From positions 64,001-128,000 of the IMG/VR virus record IMGVR_UViG_3300022752_000024: 64,000 bases of DNA. The stretch is one strand, 5' to 3'. The notes below the pieces were generated by a model. That model did no database searches. It was not told where the DNA came from and saw nothing but the letters and a program-made list of their open reading frames with translations. This DNA comes from a virus. This document shows positions 11,014-22,327 of the stretch, piece by piece. Within the stretch, counting starts at the first letter, position 1, and each line of letters begins with the position of its first letter. A program made the position numbers and the translations under genes.

Positions 11014-12738
11014 TTACTGGTAAATTACAGATACATATGTATTTGCTTGGTCACCACCAATACTAAAATATCTTAGGTATGCTGAATGTAAAGAATTTAA
11101 TGCAAAGAATGTTGCACCAATTGTTGAGTTATTAGCTAAACATCCGTGCGTGATATTATGATTTGAACCAGCACCAGTATCAGTATTTGTCACCCAAACT
11201 TCAACAATTTTACCCGTTTTGAAACCGCTTAGACTAATTGTTGTAGTTGCATTGGTTTTGAAATAATATAATGAATTATTTGCAATATCTATGTTCAGCG
11301 TTGTTGTGATTGCTGATAACACATTGGGAGTTAATACTAATCCTTTTTGTGGATTAACTTCACCAGTGAAAACTACAGAGGTACCGTTAAACTGTGCAAT
11401 ATTAGTTAATGTGTTTGAACCTATTGGTGTGTTCCACATTTCAAGTCTTGTACCACGAGCAGTATCGGTAAAATCTTCAGTTGCAACAATATCTAAACGA
11501 CCAGAACCAAATGGCGCATAACCTGTTGCACCAAAACCGTTTCCGGAGAATCTAGTTAATATATCACCAGCCTTAACACCAGAAGGATTTGCTACGTTAC
11601 CTCTTGCTGAACGACCGGCATATACAACATAGGTATTTGCACCATAAGAATCACCAACAATACGAGATACAACGTTTTGTTTGCCAGAAATATGAATCAT
11701 GTAACCATCGTTTGATGGTACTGCAACTGTAGGTGATGCGGAGATTGTTAGTGCTGATTCTGTGGGCAAGAAGTTTGTATTTTGTAGAACAACTTGTGCA
11801 TTTCCTGTGATGATGCCTGTTACTTTTAGTGTACCTGCAATGTTTGCAGTTCCATTCATTGATGTAGTACCATTAACAATCAGATTACCTGTGGTGATTG
11901 TACCAGTAGTTGATTGAACCCCTGAGGCAATAACATTACCAGTAAAAGTTAAATCACCAGCAAATGTTCCTGTAGTGTTTGCTAGAGCATTATTAGCTTT
12001 ATTAAATGCTGCTTGAGTATTGGTATTTTGTGTTGCATTAATACCTACTTGCAACGCCACATTGGATGATAAATTGGTTGCTACAGTATTTGCTGCATCA
12101 AAAGCAGCTTGAGTATATCCTGATGACGCTGCTGCTGTATTCTGAGAGGTGCCATCATCAAAGAAGATTTTTTTACCATTTACGAATTTCAATCCATCAG
12201 AGGTAATTTTATAGACTATGTTTGCTAAATTAGGTCCACCCACAATAAATTTGACTTCCGTATTTGCTGTAGTAGTACCGACAGTTAAGTTACCGCCAGG
12301 ACCACCAGGTGTACCAATTGCACCACCTTGAACATACAGATAACCATCAAGTGGATAAATTGATGTTCCTAAGTTATTAAATTCAGCTCCGGGTTGAAAA
12401 TCTTTATTAGCAAGACCTAAATCAACAAAATATGTTGAATCTGTTCCTGTATTTGCAGTAACTACAATATCAGCACTACCACCATTGTTCAAATTAACCA
12501 AATTAGTTTGAATATACGATTCGCCAGCTAACGAAAATTGTGCAATAGTATTAGGTAAGCTAACAATATTATTACCAACATTCAATATGTTCTTCGAATA
12601 TAGTTGTTGTGCTAAAGTTGTTGCTGTAAGCTTACCGGTTACTCCTGTAGGTAAATCAACACCTAGAAATAAAGTATTTGATGTATTTGCTGCAATTGAA
12701 GGTAATCCAGGTAATTGTGAAATCTTTACTGTTGACAT
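11014..12738 (-). CDS. Tail fibre / baseplate-associated structural protein
   Basis: 574 aa, N-terminal VKISQLP, QAAFNKAN coiled-coil repeats shared with the fibre at 1-2370. Confidence 0.65.
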   Translation of the reverse strand: MSTVKISQLPGLPSIAANTSNTLFLGVDLPTGVTGKLTATTLAQQLYSKNILNVGNNIVSLPNTIAQFSLAGESYIQTNLVNLNNGGSADIVVTANTGTDSTYFVDLGLANKDFQPGAEFNNLGTSIYPLDGYLYVQGGAIGTPGGPGGNLTVGTTTANTEVKFIVGGPNLANIVYKITSDGLKFVNGKKIFFDDGTSQNTAAASSGYTQAAFDAANTVATNLSSNVALQVGINATQNTNTQAAFNKANNALANTTGTFAGDLTFTGNVIASGVQSTTGTITTGNLIVNGTTSMNGTANIAGTLKVTGIITGNAQVVLQNTNFLPTESALTISASPTVAVPSNDGYMIHISGKQNVVSRIVGDSYGANTYVVYAGRSARGNVANPSGVKAGDILTRFSGNGFGATGYAPFGSGRLDIVATEDFTDTARGTRLEMWNTPIGSNTLTNIAQFNGTSVVFTGEVNPQKGLVLTPNVLSAITTTLNIDIANNSLYYFKTNATTTISLSGFKTGKIVEVWVTNTDTGAGSNHNITHGCLANNSTIGATFFALNSLHSAYLRYFSIGGDQANTYVSVIYQ

Positions 12739-12741
12739 TTT

Positions 12742-15561
12742 TTATCCTAATAGAATGATGACGCCATCTTCTGTTGTTATTGTATCACCAGATTCTGTTG
12801 TTAACTCTGGGAAGTATTGTAATCCAATTGGTCCAAAAATCTTAATTTGATTTGCATTATATATTGTCCCACCAGCAAAGAATGTTCTATTGACTGCCAT
12901 TAGTGAGTTTGCATTTGCCGATAGATTTGCTGTCAGCGTAATTATACCTTTTATATAGTCAACGCTTTTTACAGTTTTTGCTGTGTTATTTGCAACAAGA
13001 ACTTGGTCTCCTGCATATACAATATCCATTAGAGGATTTGCAGTATTGCTGTAGATACCATTGTTGATAACATCATATGCACCGGTCAATGATCTTATAT
13101 TTATTGTGTTTGAACCAGTATTTCCTCTTACATAGGCAACATTAGCAAAAGTTAACCATGTGTTTGTTGCTAATGTTACTGTATTCGCTGCTGCATCAAT
13201 AGACACTATAGAAGAAAAAACTTCTTGTCCAGTACTGCCGTTAGTAGGTGTCAATCCAATTGAACTATTTGCAAAAATGAACTGTGCAATATTAACACCA
13301 GAACCTAACTCATTAAATTTGACAATGTTCGTACTCTTAGTGGTAAAATCTGTGGTCATTGTCACATTCGATGCAGCACGACCAGTATAATAATATAAAG
13401 TTTGTCCTTTATTGGTAGAGTTAACAGAGAAAGTATTCGCCAAAGCTTCTGATTTCAATGCAACCCTACCAATTATTTTTGTTCCGGCTGGATGTAACAA
13501 CTTCAATAAGGTGTCTCTATATTTTGCAATTTCTTTTTCTACTGTAACCTGATAGGTGAAGTTATTGTATTTTTCACTCTCTAGTTTTGCATATGAGCTT
13601 GGGTGACCTTGTGTTTTTATCCACTGACCTTGACTAAAACTTAATCCATTTAAGAACGATGCGGTTCCTTTGGCATTACCGTCACCATATACTCTTATTC
13701 CATTATCATTGTATCTTGGATCAGGATTATCAGGTGGATATGGAGCATTGTACATTTTATATGCTACACCAACAGTATCAGATTTTAATGGTAACGCAGT
13801 ATTTGGAGTTGAGTTATAATTAAAAACACGAAGTCTATAATATGGTTCTGCTAAGACAGAAACAGAGTCTACTGTTGCAACATAGGTGGCTACATTTAAA
13901 TTTGCACCTTGATATATGGTATCTAATCTATTTACAGTTGTTGACGACGAAACATTTGATACTACAATGTCTTCGATCTTAAATGATACATTAGGTTTTC
14001 CTATATAGTCTTCACCATAATTAGTAATATTGATTGTAGTAATCGAACCTGCTCTGTCAACAACGACCGAGAATGTTGCTCCATCACCAAGAATTCCAGG
14101 AACATAAACAATAGCATTTGCTGCTTGAGTATTCGCTGAGTTAACCGTGAGTGAAGGTAGACCATCTCTAGTATATCCTAATCCACCTAATGGGTATTTA
14201 AGTAATCCTGGCACATACGAAACTGATGTGATAGCACCTGTTCCAGAAACTGTAATGACATTCGCATAAGCACCATATCCTCTACCGCCAGAAAATACAA
14301 TCTGGTCGTTTGCTTGATATCCTGTACCGCCATTTGTAATTTGAATTGGTGCTAGTATTCCAAGATTTCTTAAATTTCCATACACATTAGGAACATTTGT
14401 TGGATATACTGAGTCTGCGGTTACGACAGGTACTTTGGTAATTCCTCCACCACCATTATCTACAACAACTGATGATATTGGGAAAGTAGAAAATGCTGCA
14501 AAACCAAATGCATTAATTAAGGATGTATTGGCGTTTGCTGATATATTATTTGAAAGAAAACTATAACTGGTGTTTCCAATTGTCGTATATCGTGATAATG
14601 TAATATCATCGGTTATGATAAGATTGGTGTTTGCAATACCATTAGGATCAAAAGAAGCTGCGTGAGCTACAGCATCTGGAGCATTTGTAATAGACAATAT
14701 AGTGTTTGGAATTTCTCTGTATCCATATCCACCATTAACAACATTAATACGTTGAATAGAACCGGAGGTTGTACTTCCAACCTCTGCTTCTGCACCAATA
14801 GGATTTTCAACCTCAGGACTCAGACCACCATAGACAATAACAGGATTGCCTGGTTCATATAAAAGACCTCTATTATTTGGATCAATATTAATTTGATTAA
14901 TTTGACCAACAATTTTTGCTCGTAATGGATTTCCATTAAATAAAATAGGTTGATTGCTATTATCAACGACTCTTACGAATTCTCCTGATTGAAATAGTCG
15001 TTCAATATTAGAAATAAAAACTTCAGTTTTTCCATTAACTTGTAATGTGTTTTCTATTGTCGCAATTGATTGTGATGTTTCTCCGAATAGTCTATAGTTT
15101 GCAGTATTCGCAAAATTTGAATCTAAAGAAGCTAATCTAAGACTTTTTGCGACAAACCATTCACTAGAAGATGCTTTAAATACTGCTTCTTTTGTGTTAA
15201 AAAAATCAAAGTCTGAATTATAAAGAACTCTAAACAAAAATTGATATGAAGCTGGTGTTCCTTTGGTTTCATATAATTGTTTAGCTGCTTTGATTAATTT
15301 TCTTTTATCTGCAAGAGCATCTTCTGGAAAGTTTGGAAGAAAATCGTTGACATAATATTGTATGAATTCGTCACTAGTTTTATCAACGTCTTTATAATTT
15401 AAAAGATTTTTAGTTCTTTCAGTTACTTTTCCATTTTGTTCCATCCACTCATAATATGCTTGAAGAAATTGAACAAATTTAGAGTAATCAGGATTATCCC
15501 GAATGAATTCAGGAAGCTGCGATGGAACTAATAACGATGTTTTGTGATTATTTTCGATCAT
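12742..15561 (-). CDS. gp7: Baseplate wedge initiator (gp7-like)
   Basis: QLPEFIRD..FVQFLQAYYEWME, LYETKGTPASYQFLFRVLY and LLHPAGTK motifs; sits between gp6 and gp8. Confidence 0.75.
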   Translation of the reverse strand: MIENNHKTSLLVPSQLPEFIRDNPDYSKFVQFLQAYYEWMEQNGKVTERTKNLLNYKDVDKTSDEFIQYYVNDFLPNFPEDALADKRKLIKAAKQLYETKGTPASYQFLFRVLYNSDFDFFNTKEAVFKASSSEWFVAKSLRLASLDSNFANTANYRLFGETSQSIATIENTLQVNGKTEVFISNIERLFQSGEFVRVVDNSNQPILFNGNPLRAKIVGQINQINIDPNNRGLLYEPGNPVIVYGGLSPEVENPIGAEAEVGSTTSGSIQRINVVNGGYGYREIPNTILSITNAPDAVAHAASFDPNGIANTNLIITDDITLSRYTTIGNTSYSFLSNNISANANTSLINAFGFAAFSTFPISSVVVDNGGGGITKVPVVTADSVYPTNVPNVYGNLRNLGILAPIQITNGGTGYQANDQIVFSGGRGYGAYANVITVSGTGAITSVSYVPGLLKYPLGGLGYTRDGLPSLTVNSANTQAANAIVYVPGILGDGATFSVVVDRAGSITTINITNYGEDYIGKPNVSFKIEDIVVSNVSSSTTVNRLDTIYQGANLNVATYVATVDSVSVLAEPYYRLRVFNYNSTPNTALPLKSDTVGVAYKMYNAPYPPDNPDPRYNDNGIRVYGDGNAKGTASFLNGLSFSQGQWIKTQGHPSSYAKLESEKYNNFTYQVTVEKEIAKYRDTLLKLLHPAGTKIIGRVALKSEALANTFSVNSTNKGQTLYYYTGRAASNVTMTTDFTTKSTNIVKFNELGSGVNIAQFIFANSSIGLTPTNGSTGQEVFSSIVSIDAAANTVTLATNTWLTFANVAYVRGNTGSNTINIRSLTGAYDVINNGIYSNTANPLMDIVYAGDQVLVANNTAKTVKSVDYIKGIITLTANLSANANSLMAVNRTFFAGGTIYNANQIKIFGPIGLQYFPELTTESGDTITTEDGVIILLG

Positions 15562-17636
15562 GTCTTAGGCGTAACTTTTACCAAAATAGAATTTGGATCG
15601 TAAGGATCAACTGTAATTATTCTATTTAATGATGAAGAAATAATAGTTGTTGTTGGTTTAGCTGAAACTGTAAATTGTCCTAATTCGTTATTTACCGCAA
15701 GAGGATTGAATCCGAGTAGAGTAATCACTCCTTCTTGGTAGTCAATTGTACCCGCATTAGGATTTAAAATTGTTTTTATTTGATTATTATTATAATAATA
15801 TGTTCTTAGTTTTCCATATCTACCTTGCAGAGTTACTATAGCACCAGCACCTTGACCTGTGGTGTCATTAGATTTTGCTGTTACTGTAGCTACTGCTGAT
15901 GTATAGTTATTTCCAGAATTTGTTACAGTAATTGACGCTAGAGTTCCGTTTGGATTAATTTTTGATGTTGCGGTAGCTCCTGAACCATCACCCAAAATTG
16001 TAATTGTTGGAGCAAATTGATATTTGAATCCTGGGTTTATGACCGATACGGATTCAACACCTCCGGTTGATACTGGAACTTCTTCAATATAAACTAAGTC
16101 GATAGTGCTAGTTAAATTAGCAGGATCTCTAAATTTTAAACTCGGAGAACTATTTACTCCACTTAATAGAACTCCTCTCTGTAGAGGTGTTCCATAATAT
16201 AATTTATAATCGCTAGGTGTAAATAAGTCTGGATAAAACTTTTTCTGTACTTGAATATTGATTTCATTTGCGATAATTGATCTATCAACTGCTTGAATTT
16301 TATTAGATAAGTCAGTAGCAGAAAATGTTGAGTTGAAAGAGTTTAGTGTTGTCGCAGAAAAACTTGATATAGCTGATTTTACATACAATTCTATTTGTGA
16401 AGCAGTTGATGTTGTTTTCTTTGGATCATACAAAACATTAGCGTTGATTTGTATATAGGCGTAATCTGGATCAACAATCGCAGGAGCAACCGTAAGAACA
16501 GAAATTGGTTTTAATACTTCATTAGTGATTCTTTGTTTTTGAACATCAGTTAAAGTGTATGCTCCAGCTGGCTTTAATGAAATGAATACTTGTCCATACA
16601 CCGGAGGATCATTTTCTTGTCCTCCCCAAACATTAATAGCATCAAAAGAAATACCTAATTTGTTTTGTTGAATTAGTGTAATATAATCTTCTTTAGATAC
16701 TGCCCGATTTTGTGCAGCATACGATTTTGGTGCTTGAAATTTAATTGAATCTATTGATTCTTTGGCTGCTCCAGTTGTTGCAGGAGATACTGAGTTGATT
16801 GTGGTGTTTGCAAAACCAGAAACTGGATCAAGTAAAACAAAACTATTTGCACTTGATGCCGAAGAACCTTCAGTAGAAATATAGGATACTCTAACAATAT
16901 TACCATCAAATAATGCCTTTCCTAATACTCCATCACCAAAATAGATTTCATAGTTACTATTCAGTCCTTCTTGTAAAAAATAGACTAAACTTGATGAATT
17001 TAGTGCTAAAAAATCTGTAGCGTTATTATAAATCTGTGTAGAAGTATTTGTTCCAGATTGTTGCACCGATACTGTCAATGTTGTGGTATCAATATTCTGA
17101 TCTGGAATTTCAAAAGTTGAACTAGGATTAGATAAAGTATCTACAGTAAAAGAATAATTTAATGGTGTTCCTTGTTTGATCGTAATATTATTAAATGTTG
17201 CTGTGTTATTGATTACATTTACTGTCGTAGAATCTGAAGTAACGAAGTTATAGTTGATTCCATTAATAGCTTCTGACACAAAACTAGTACCTTTAGGTAA
17301 TGTTAGTGCTGAGTCAGTAACTTGATTAACTATTAAATTTATCTTTGCACTTGGCGCAATAGCCGATCTTGGAATATAATTTAATGTTTTTGCTTGAGAT
17401 ACAACAGAACTTCTTTGAAGTGCAGTATCTAAAAACATTTCATTACCAACCATGTTCAAATAGTATGCATTATATTGAGTATTATATGCAAGAACATCAA
17501 GAAGAATAGACATGCCAGAACCGGAAAAATTATAGTCCTTAAATGTGTTCTGACTTCTTAGATAGTTAATTAGACTAGTTTTAACGTCTGCAAAATCTAA
17601 GTCTGCAAACTGAAATTGAGAATTGGCTCCAGCCAT
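15558..17636 (-). CDS. gp6: Baseplate wedge subunit
   Basis: LDFADVKTSLINYL, FKDYNFSGSGMSILLDVLAYNT, FGDGVLG, QNRAVSKEDY. Confidence 0.93.
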   Translation of the reverse strand: MAGANSQFQFADLDFADVKTSLINYLRSQNTFKDYNFSGSGMSILLDVLAYNTQYNAYYLNMVGNEMFLDTALQRSSVVSQAKTLNYIPRSAIAPSAKINLIVNQVTDSALTLPKGTSFVSEAINGINYNFVTSDSTTVNVINNTATFNNITIKQGTPLNYSFTVDTLSNPSSTFEIPDQNIDTTTLTVSVQQSGTNTSTQIYNNATDFLALNSSSLVYFLQEGLNSNYEIYFGDGVLGKALFDGNIVRVSYISTEGSSASSANSFVLLDPVSGFANTTINSVSPATTGAAKESIDSIKFQAPKSYAAQNRAVSKEDYITLIQQNKLGISFDAINVWGGQENDPPVYGQVFISLKPAGAYTLTDVQKQRITNEVLKPISVLTVAPAIVDPDYAYIQINANVLYDPKKTTSTASQIELYVKSAISSFSATTLNSFNSTFSATDLSNKIQAVDRSIIANEINIQVQKKFYPDLFTPSDYKLYYGTPLQRGVLLSGVNSSPSLKFRDPANLTSTIDLVYIEEVPVSTGGVESVSVINPGFKYQFAPTITILGDGSGATATSKINPNGTLASITVTNSGNNYTSAVATVTAKSNDTTGQGAGAIVTLQGRYGKLRTYYYNNNQIKTILNPNAGTIDYQEGVITLLGFNPLAVNNELGQFTVSAKPTTTIISSSLNRIITVDPYDPNSILVKVTPKT

Positions 17637-18028
17637 TATCTTGACCTCTCAAGAATTAGGTTAATTGATGTTGGTTCTGTGCTATTGCCGACAAAAAACT
17701 GCAACTCAACATAAAATGCATTTTGATCTTCTATTGACAAAACTTTTACTGAAATTAAATTGACTCTGGGTTCATAGTTTTTTATGACATTTCGTATTTC
17801 TGTCTCTAATGATGATGCAGTAATAGCAGTAGACGGTTCAAAGAGATATCCTTCTACGTTTGAACCTAGCCCTGGTTGAAACAGTCTCTCATAGAAGTTT
17901 GTCAACAACAGATTTCTCATTGATCGAATAACTGCCTGTTCATCATAACTAATAGAAACATCACCTGTAACTGGATTACGGGTAAATGTTAAATCTAAAT
18001 CTGAATAAATTTTTTGTAGTGTAGGCAT
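17636..18028 (-). CDS. gp25: Baseplate wedge protein / sheath initiator
   Basis: YSDLDLTF, RNLLLTNFYERLFQP, IKNYEPRV. Confidence 0.92.
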   Translation of the reverse strand: MPTLQKIYSDLDLTFTRNPVTGDVSISYDEQAVIRSMRNLLLTNFYERLFQPGLGSNVEGYLFEPSTAITASSLETEIRNVIKNYEPRVNLISVKVLSIEDQNAFYVELQFFVGNSTEPTSINLILERSR

Positions 18029-18044
18029 CTCTTATTTATGACTG

Positions 18045-19016
18045 TTATTGTGGAGCACCTGTACTTCCACCTTGTGCATCCGGGTGTGTATGATTATCTA
18101 AGCTGATTCCGCCAGAAACTACATCTCCAGTAGCGGTTATTTTTCCGTTAACGCTCACATCACCAGTTACATTTACGTCACCAGTTAAGTTGAAAGAACT
18201 GGCAACTGCGGTAACTTTGCTTGCTTTTAAATTAACGTTGCCTGATACTGTAATGCTACACGTACCTTGAATATCTATAAAATCGTCACCTACAATAATC
18301 TCGTAATTCTTACCTAAAACTTTAGTAACTTTGCTACCATCTGGACGCATTTCAATATAAGTACCTGTTCTGTGTGCAAGATTTACTCGTTCCGAATCAG
18401 GAGTATCGTCAAACTCGATTACATGACCCGACTCCGTTTCTTTTACATCATTATATGGAGGTACTGCATTATATGGTGAAGCGGGTTCGCTCCAAGATAC
18501 TCCATCAGCAGTTGGAACATCTTTTGTTAATGATGCATTTCTACGACCAATAATGGTAGAACCAATGCCTTCATTTCTATATAATCTACTTGTTGTAGGT
18601 TCTCCGACATACCTAGGATATCGAGTTGCCAAACCGCCAAATGGTTTAGGAGCTGCTGTTAATTCTGCACTTGATCTTGGATCAGAGAAACCTTTTTGTG
18701 GATTATTTACGTATGGAGTAGGTATCCCAGGTAAAACACCAAAATATATAGGTACTTGACCTGAAGTACCATCGTAAAAGAAACCAATAACCCAATCACC
18801 TTCGACTGGTGTTGTGAATGTTTTTGAATTGTTGACAGGCAATACTGGTTGCGCCCACGGTAAATCAGCAGTAGGAATTAATGTTTTATTTTCTGTGTGC
18901 CAACCAAATATTCGTATTTGACACCGACCTACATTTAACGGATCTTTTCTGTTTTCAACGACACCCGTCCACCAGATGAATCCATTTAATCCTGCAAATA
19001 TGGTATTCTCATTCAT
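18045..19016 (-). CDS. gp5: Baseplate central spike (gp5 OB-fold plus beta-helix, no lysozyme domain)
   Basis: WWTGVVENRKDPLNVGRCQIRIFGWH, LPWA, ETESGHVIEFDDTP; ends in HTHPD. Confidence 0.88.
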   Translation of the reverse strand: MNENTIFAGLNGFIWWTGVVENRKDPLNVGRCQIRIFGWHTENKTLIPTADLPWAQPVLPVNNSKTFTTPVEGDWVIGFFYDGTSGQVPIYFGVLPGIPTPYVNNPQKGFSDPRSSAELTAAPKPFGGLATRYPRYVGEPTTSRLYRNEGIGSTIIGRRNASLTKDVPTADGVSWSEPASPYNAVPPYNDVKETESGHVIEFDDTPDSERVNLAHRTGTYIEMRPDGSKVTKVLGKNYEIIVGDDFIDIQGTCSITVSGNVNLKASKVTAVASSFNLTGDVNVTGDVSVNGKITATGDVVSGGISLDNHTHPDAQGGSTGAPQ

Positions 19017-20452
19017 TATTTCTTCACTCCTGATACCGTAGCTTTATATATTGGCTTAGAGTTGTCCACATTAGAATAATTATTTGGTAAGCTATCTTTA
19101 ACTACTTCAACGACAGTATTATACGCACCAGTTTGAATGATATGACGAACCGCAGTAATTAAATATTTTCCAGAATAATATTTATCGGTTGTTTTTGGAT
19201 CTTTCTCTGAAGCAGGATCCTGTGATAACATTTTAAAATCTATTGTCATTCCAATAGTTAAGTTAGGATCTCCAGCAACATATAATTTCATTCGAGTATA
19301 GTTCGTTAATGCTAATTGAGATTTTCTTTGAGAAAATGTTGTCTCGACAAAAGAATCTTTAGTTACAGAATCTGGTTTATTTTTAATATAGTCAACTTTC
19401 GATTGATTTTTATTTGTTGATGTTAATTTAAAACAACCTTCAGGAGTCTCGTATAGAGTTTTCCCAAATCGATTCTGTAGATTGTTAACAACAGGATTTG
19501 AATTTAATGTTTTTGCTTTGAGGTGGTAATCCATATAATTAAAATCTGTTACTTCGTATCTATGAAGCAATGGATCAATAGTCAGCAAACGATTTGCAAA
19601 CATACCAGAAGATATACCATCTAATATATTAAATGAATCAATTAATTCGTATGCTAAAACATTAAAAACTTCTGTAGAACCTAAGTCACCATAATCCTCA
19701 GATTTTATATTTTTAGGACGATAATGATACGTCTGATATGGAGTTCTTTTGAATAATGTTTGTAATGAAGAAAAATTGTATCCTTCAGCATTTTCGAAAA
19801 ACAACATATCTGCACCAACATTTCCTTGTATTCCAGACTGAGAATAAAGTGTTAACCAATTTATTGCTTCGAATGGTTTAAAGTTTGGAACAATTATACT
19901 GTAGATTCCTTTAGTTTGTTCTATATTTCTCTGATTGTATTTGTGTTCTGGTGCTTTTATATAAACATTTAATATATCTTTAATGATATCTGAAATTTGT
20001 TTATTTGGATAAGATTTACTGATTCGATATTGTTCAGAGAGAACGAGTTCGTCAGAACAAAAATATATTGCATAAGATTCAGAATCAAATCCAGATGACT
20101 TTTGTCTTGGGGATATTTTATATACTCTGAATAGTTTATCTATTCTAATATTAGGATTATTATCTTTACCAAAAGCCAATCTTATATATTCATTTCCATG
20201 TAAACCAAGCTTCTCGATATAACCTTGTGCATCAGAAATCATTACTTGACCAGATACTGAATTATTATAAATGTCCTCAAAGTAAGATAATTCTACCATG
20301 CTAGGTTTTAAGTCTAGTGTGATAAATTGACCGGATAGAAGATTAATCGATATAAGGTTATAGTCTTTAGAGTAAACAATACCTTTTGTTTTATCTCCTA
20401 CGGTAGGATTACTTGTCTGTGCTTGTGTTGGACTAACTAAATTAATTGCCAT
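19016..20452 (-). CDS. Baseplate hub protein (gp27-like / late control D-like)
   Basis: Lies between gp53 and gp5; FEDIYNNSVSG, FFEN and YSGKYLITAVRH motifs. Confidence 0.6.
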   Translation of the reverse strand: MAINLVSPTQAQTSNPTVGDKTKGIVYSKDYNLISINLLSGQFITLDLKPSMVELSYFEDIYNNSVSGQVMISDAQGYIEKLGLHGNEYIRLAFGKDNNPNIRIDKLFRVYKISPRQKSSGFDSESYAIYFCSDELVLSEQYRISKSYPNKQISDIIKDILNVYIKAPEHKYNQRNIEQTKGIYSIIVPNFKPFEAINWLTLYSQSGIQGNVGADMLFFENAEGYNFSSLQTLFKRTPYQTYHYRPKNIKSEDYGDLGSTEVFNVLAYELIDSFNILDGISSGMFANRLLTIDPLLHRYEVTDFNYMDYHLKAKTLNSNPVVNNLQNRFGKTLYETPEGCFKLTSTNKNQSKVDYIKNKPDSVTKDSFVETTFSQRKSQLALTNYTRMKLYVAGDPNLTIGMTIDFKMLSQDPASEKDPKTTDKYYSGKYLITAVRHIIQTGAYNTVVEVVKDSLPNNYSNVDNSKPIYKATVSGVKK

Positions 20453-20453
20453 A

Positions 20454-21089
20454 TTATGTCATTAATAGTGATTTCAATTTATCTTCCATGTCATCAGCAT
20501 AGTTTTCATTGATAATTTTTGTCTCTCTTTTCATTTCATTGGTTTCTAATTCATAATCATATATGGTTTTTGTTTGACGAGATTGAGTAACTCTAGTATA
20601 GCTGCCTGAAGGAAAATATTTTGTGGTTATTAAATTTACAGGTAAGTTTGCATAGGTTTCTTGATCTACAATAAAAACATTTGTTGTGGTAATATTGGAT
20701 TGAGAATCATATGTCAATACAAGTTTTTCATATAGTTTTATTGTGGATTGAGTATATGCAATAACAGTTTGACTGTTGGCGTTTGCCGCTGCTTTATATT
20801 TGTCGTTAAGAAACGATTGAAAATTTCTTTGAGATAAAGGTAAATCCCATTGCGGATCAATAATATTGTTTCCATATAAAAATATCCAATAACGATATGG
20901 GTTATTGTAATATTTTGTTGCTATGATCTCTGGCGTGTCTCCATCTTGCACGGCATAGGTATAATATAATGAAGGATTGTTCACTAAATTTGGAACAATA
21001 TTAACTCTAGCCAATAAATTAGTTGCTAAAGTTGCTGTGCCTAAACCATCTGAATTAATTAATTTCGGAAAATTAGAAAAATATTTCAT
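20454..21089 (-). CDS. gp53: Baseplate wedge subunit
   Basis: MKYFSNFP; LysM-like GDTPEIIATKYY..YWI..N.IIDPQWDLP; YDYELETNE. Confidence 0.9.
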   Translation of the reverse strand: MKYFSNFPKLINSDGLGTATLATNLLARVNIVPNLVNNPSLYYTYAVQDGDTPEIIATKYYNNPYRYWIFLYGNNIIDPQWDLPLSQRNFQSFLNDKYKAAANANSQTVIAYTQSTIKLYEKLVLTYDSQSNITTTNVFIVDQETYANLPVNLITTKYFPSGSYTRVTQSRQTKTIYDYELETNEMKRETKIINENYADDMEDKLKSLLMT

Positions 21090-22291
21090 TATCTAACCTC
21101 TCCTTTTTCCATTCGTGTTCTGTCGAGAATTTCGATTTCTTTAAATGACAAGTTTAATCTAGTTTGTACAGGTGCGCCACCAGAATATGCTGCCCAACCA
21201 TTTGGAGCATAATCAACAGAAACATCTTCTAAAACACAATCTCCTACCTTATATAGTCTATCATTTTCATTTCCAGTTGATACTCCACCATTACCAGTAA
21301 TTGCGTTTCCCAAAGGAACATTAGGAATAATACTATTGCCTGCTTTCTGTAGCATATTTGTTAGTCCAGAAATTCCTCCAGACTTTGCCATTAAAAAATT
21401 CATATTAAAAATAGAAGGAGGAGTAAAATACATACCACCTTTACCTTGAACTCTAGGAGAAGATGCGTATATGAACGTATTGACTATTGCAGAAACTTGA
21501 TCTGATTCTTCTTTTGATTTTGGAGTAAACAGAAACTCCATGGTAAAAGTTCTAAACCCTACACCTTTATATATTAGTTGCAACTGAGGATTAATCGCCT
21601 TACCTAAAGCTTTTAATCCTAAATCTGTAAGGTTGGTATTAAACTGTCTGTCTGCTAGTCTCAATGCTGCTTCTGGTCCATATTCTTCTAAATTCTTAAT
21701 GACTGCGTTTTTGATATCAGCTCCACTTCCTCCACCAGCATTTAAATCTTCGATTATCGATCCTATCGCTCCAGCCGCTCTATTCATGCCATTAGTTGCC
21801 TCTATTAGAGTCAAGTCACTATATTCTGCATGATAATTCATAGCTAAAGTATCTGGCATATACAACGAAACAACAGTCTTTGTTTCTTTTTTGTTTGGTT
21901 TCAAATGAGCATTTAAGTTTGTCGCTAAGTCTGCGGCTTTTACTGTAGCTGATTTTAACTGGCTCGCACCTTTAGCTATTTGTGCTTTTGCGGCTTCTCT
22001 TGCTTTCTCGTCTAATGATACAAAATTCGCAGCACCAGCAGCAGCATTGTAAGTACCTGAAACAGAATCACTTACCGCATCATATAATTTTGTTTCTTCG
22101 AATTGTGTTGGAAGAATTTCAGAAATAGTGAATTGCACAATATGCATTTTTGAAGGATCATTACCTAAATCTGATGGATATTGGTACTTGTTTAGACCTG
22201 TTTTTGTCCCAAATAGCTTATCTAATGGTCCTTTAATGACTCCAGTCAAACTGCCTGTAGAGATCCCGCCTATTTGATTGATAATAGCCAT
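21089..22291 (-). CDS. gp48: Baseplate tail-tube cap
   Basis: YQYPSDL, LYMPDTL, INPQLQLIYKGVGFRTF, CVLEDVSVDYAPNG, LSFKEIE. Confidence 0.85.
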   Translation of the reverse strand: MAIINQIGGISTGSLTGVIKGPLDKLFGTKTGLNKYQYPSDLGNDPSKMHIVQFTISEILPTQFEETKLYDAVSDSVSGTYNAAAGAANFVSLDEKAREAAKAQIAKGASQLKSATVKAADLATNLNAHLKPNKKETKTVVSLYMPDTLAMNYHAEYSDLTLIEATNGMNRAAGAIGSIIEDLNAGGGSGADIKNAVIKNLEEYGPEAALRLADRQFNTNLTDLGLKALGKAINPQLQLIYKGVGFRTFTMEFLFTPKSKEESDQVSAIVNTFIYASSPRVQGKGGMYFTPPSIFNMNFLMAKSGGISGLTNMLQKAGNSIIPNVPLGNAITGNGGVSTGNENDRLYKVGDCVLEDVSVDYAPNGWAAYSGGAPVQTRLNLSFKEIEILDRTRMEKGEVR

Positions 22292-22327
22292 GAGTTGAAT
22301 ATATAATACAATTAACGTTAATGATTA

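Noticed and set aside
1-12738. Diversity-generating retroelement acting on tail fibres
   Set aside because: No reverse transcriptase and no adenine-specific template/variable repeat pair seen in this window.
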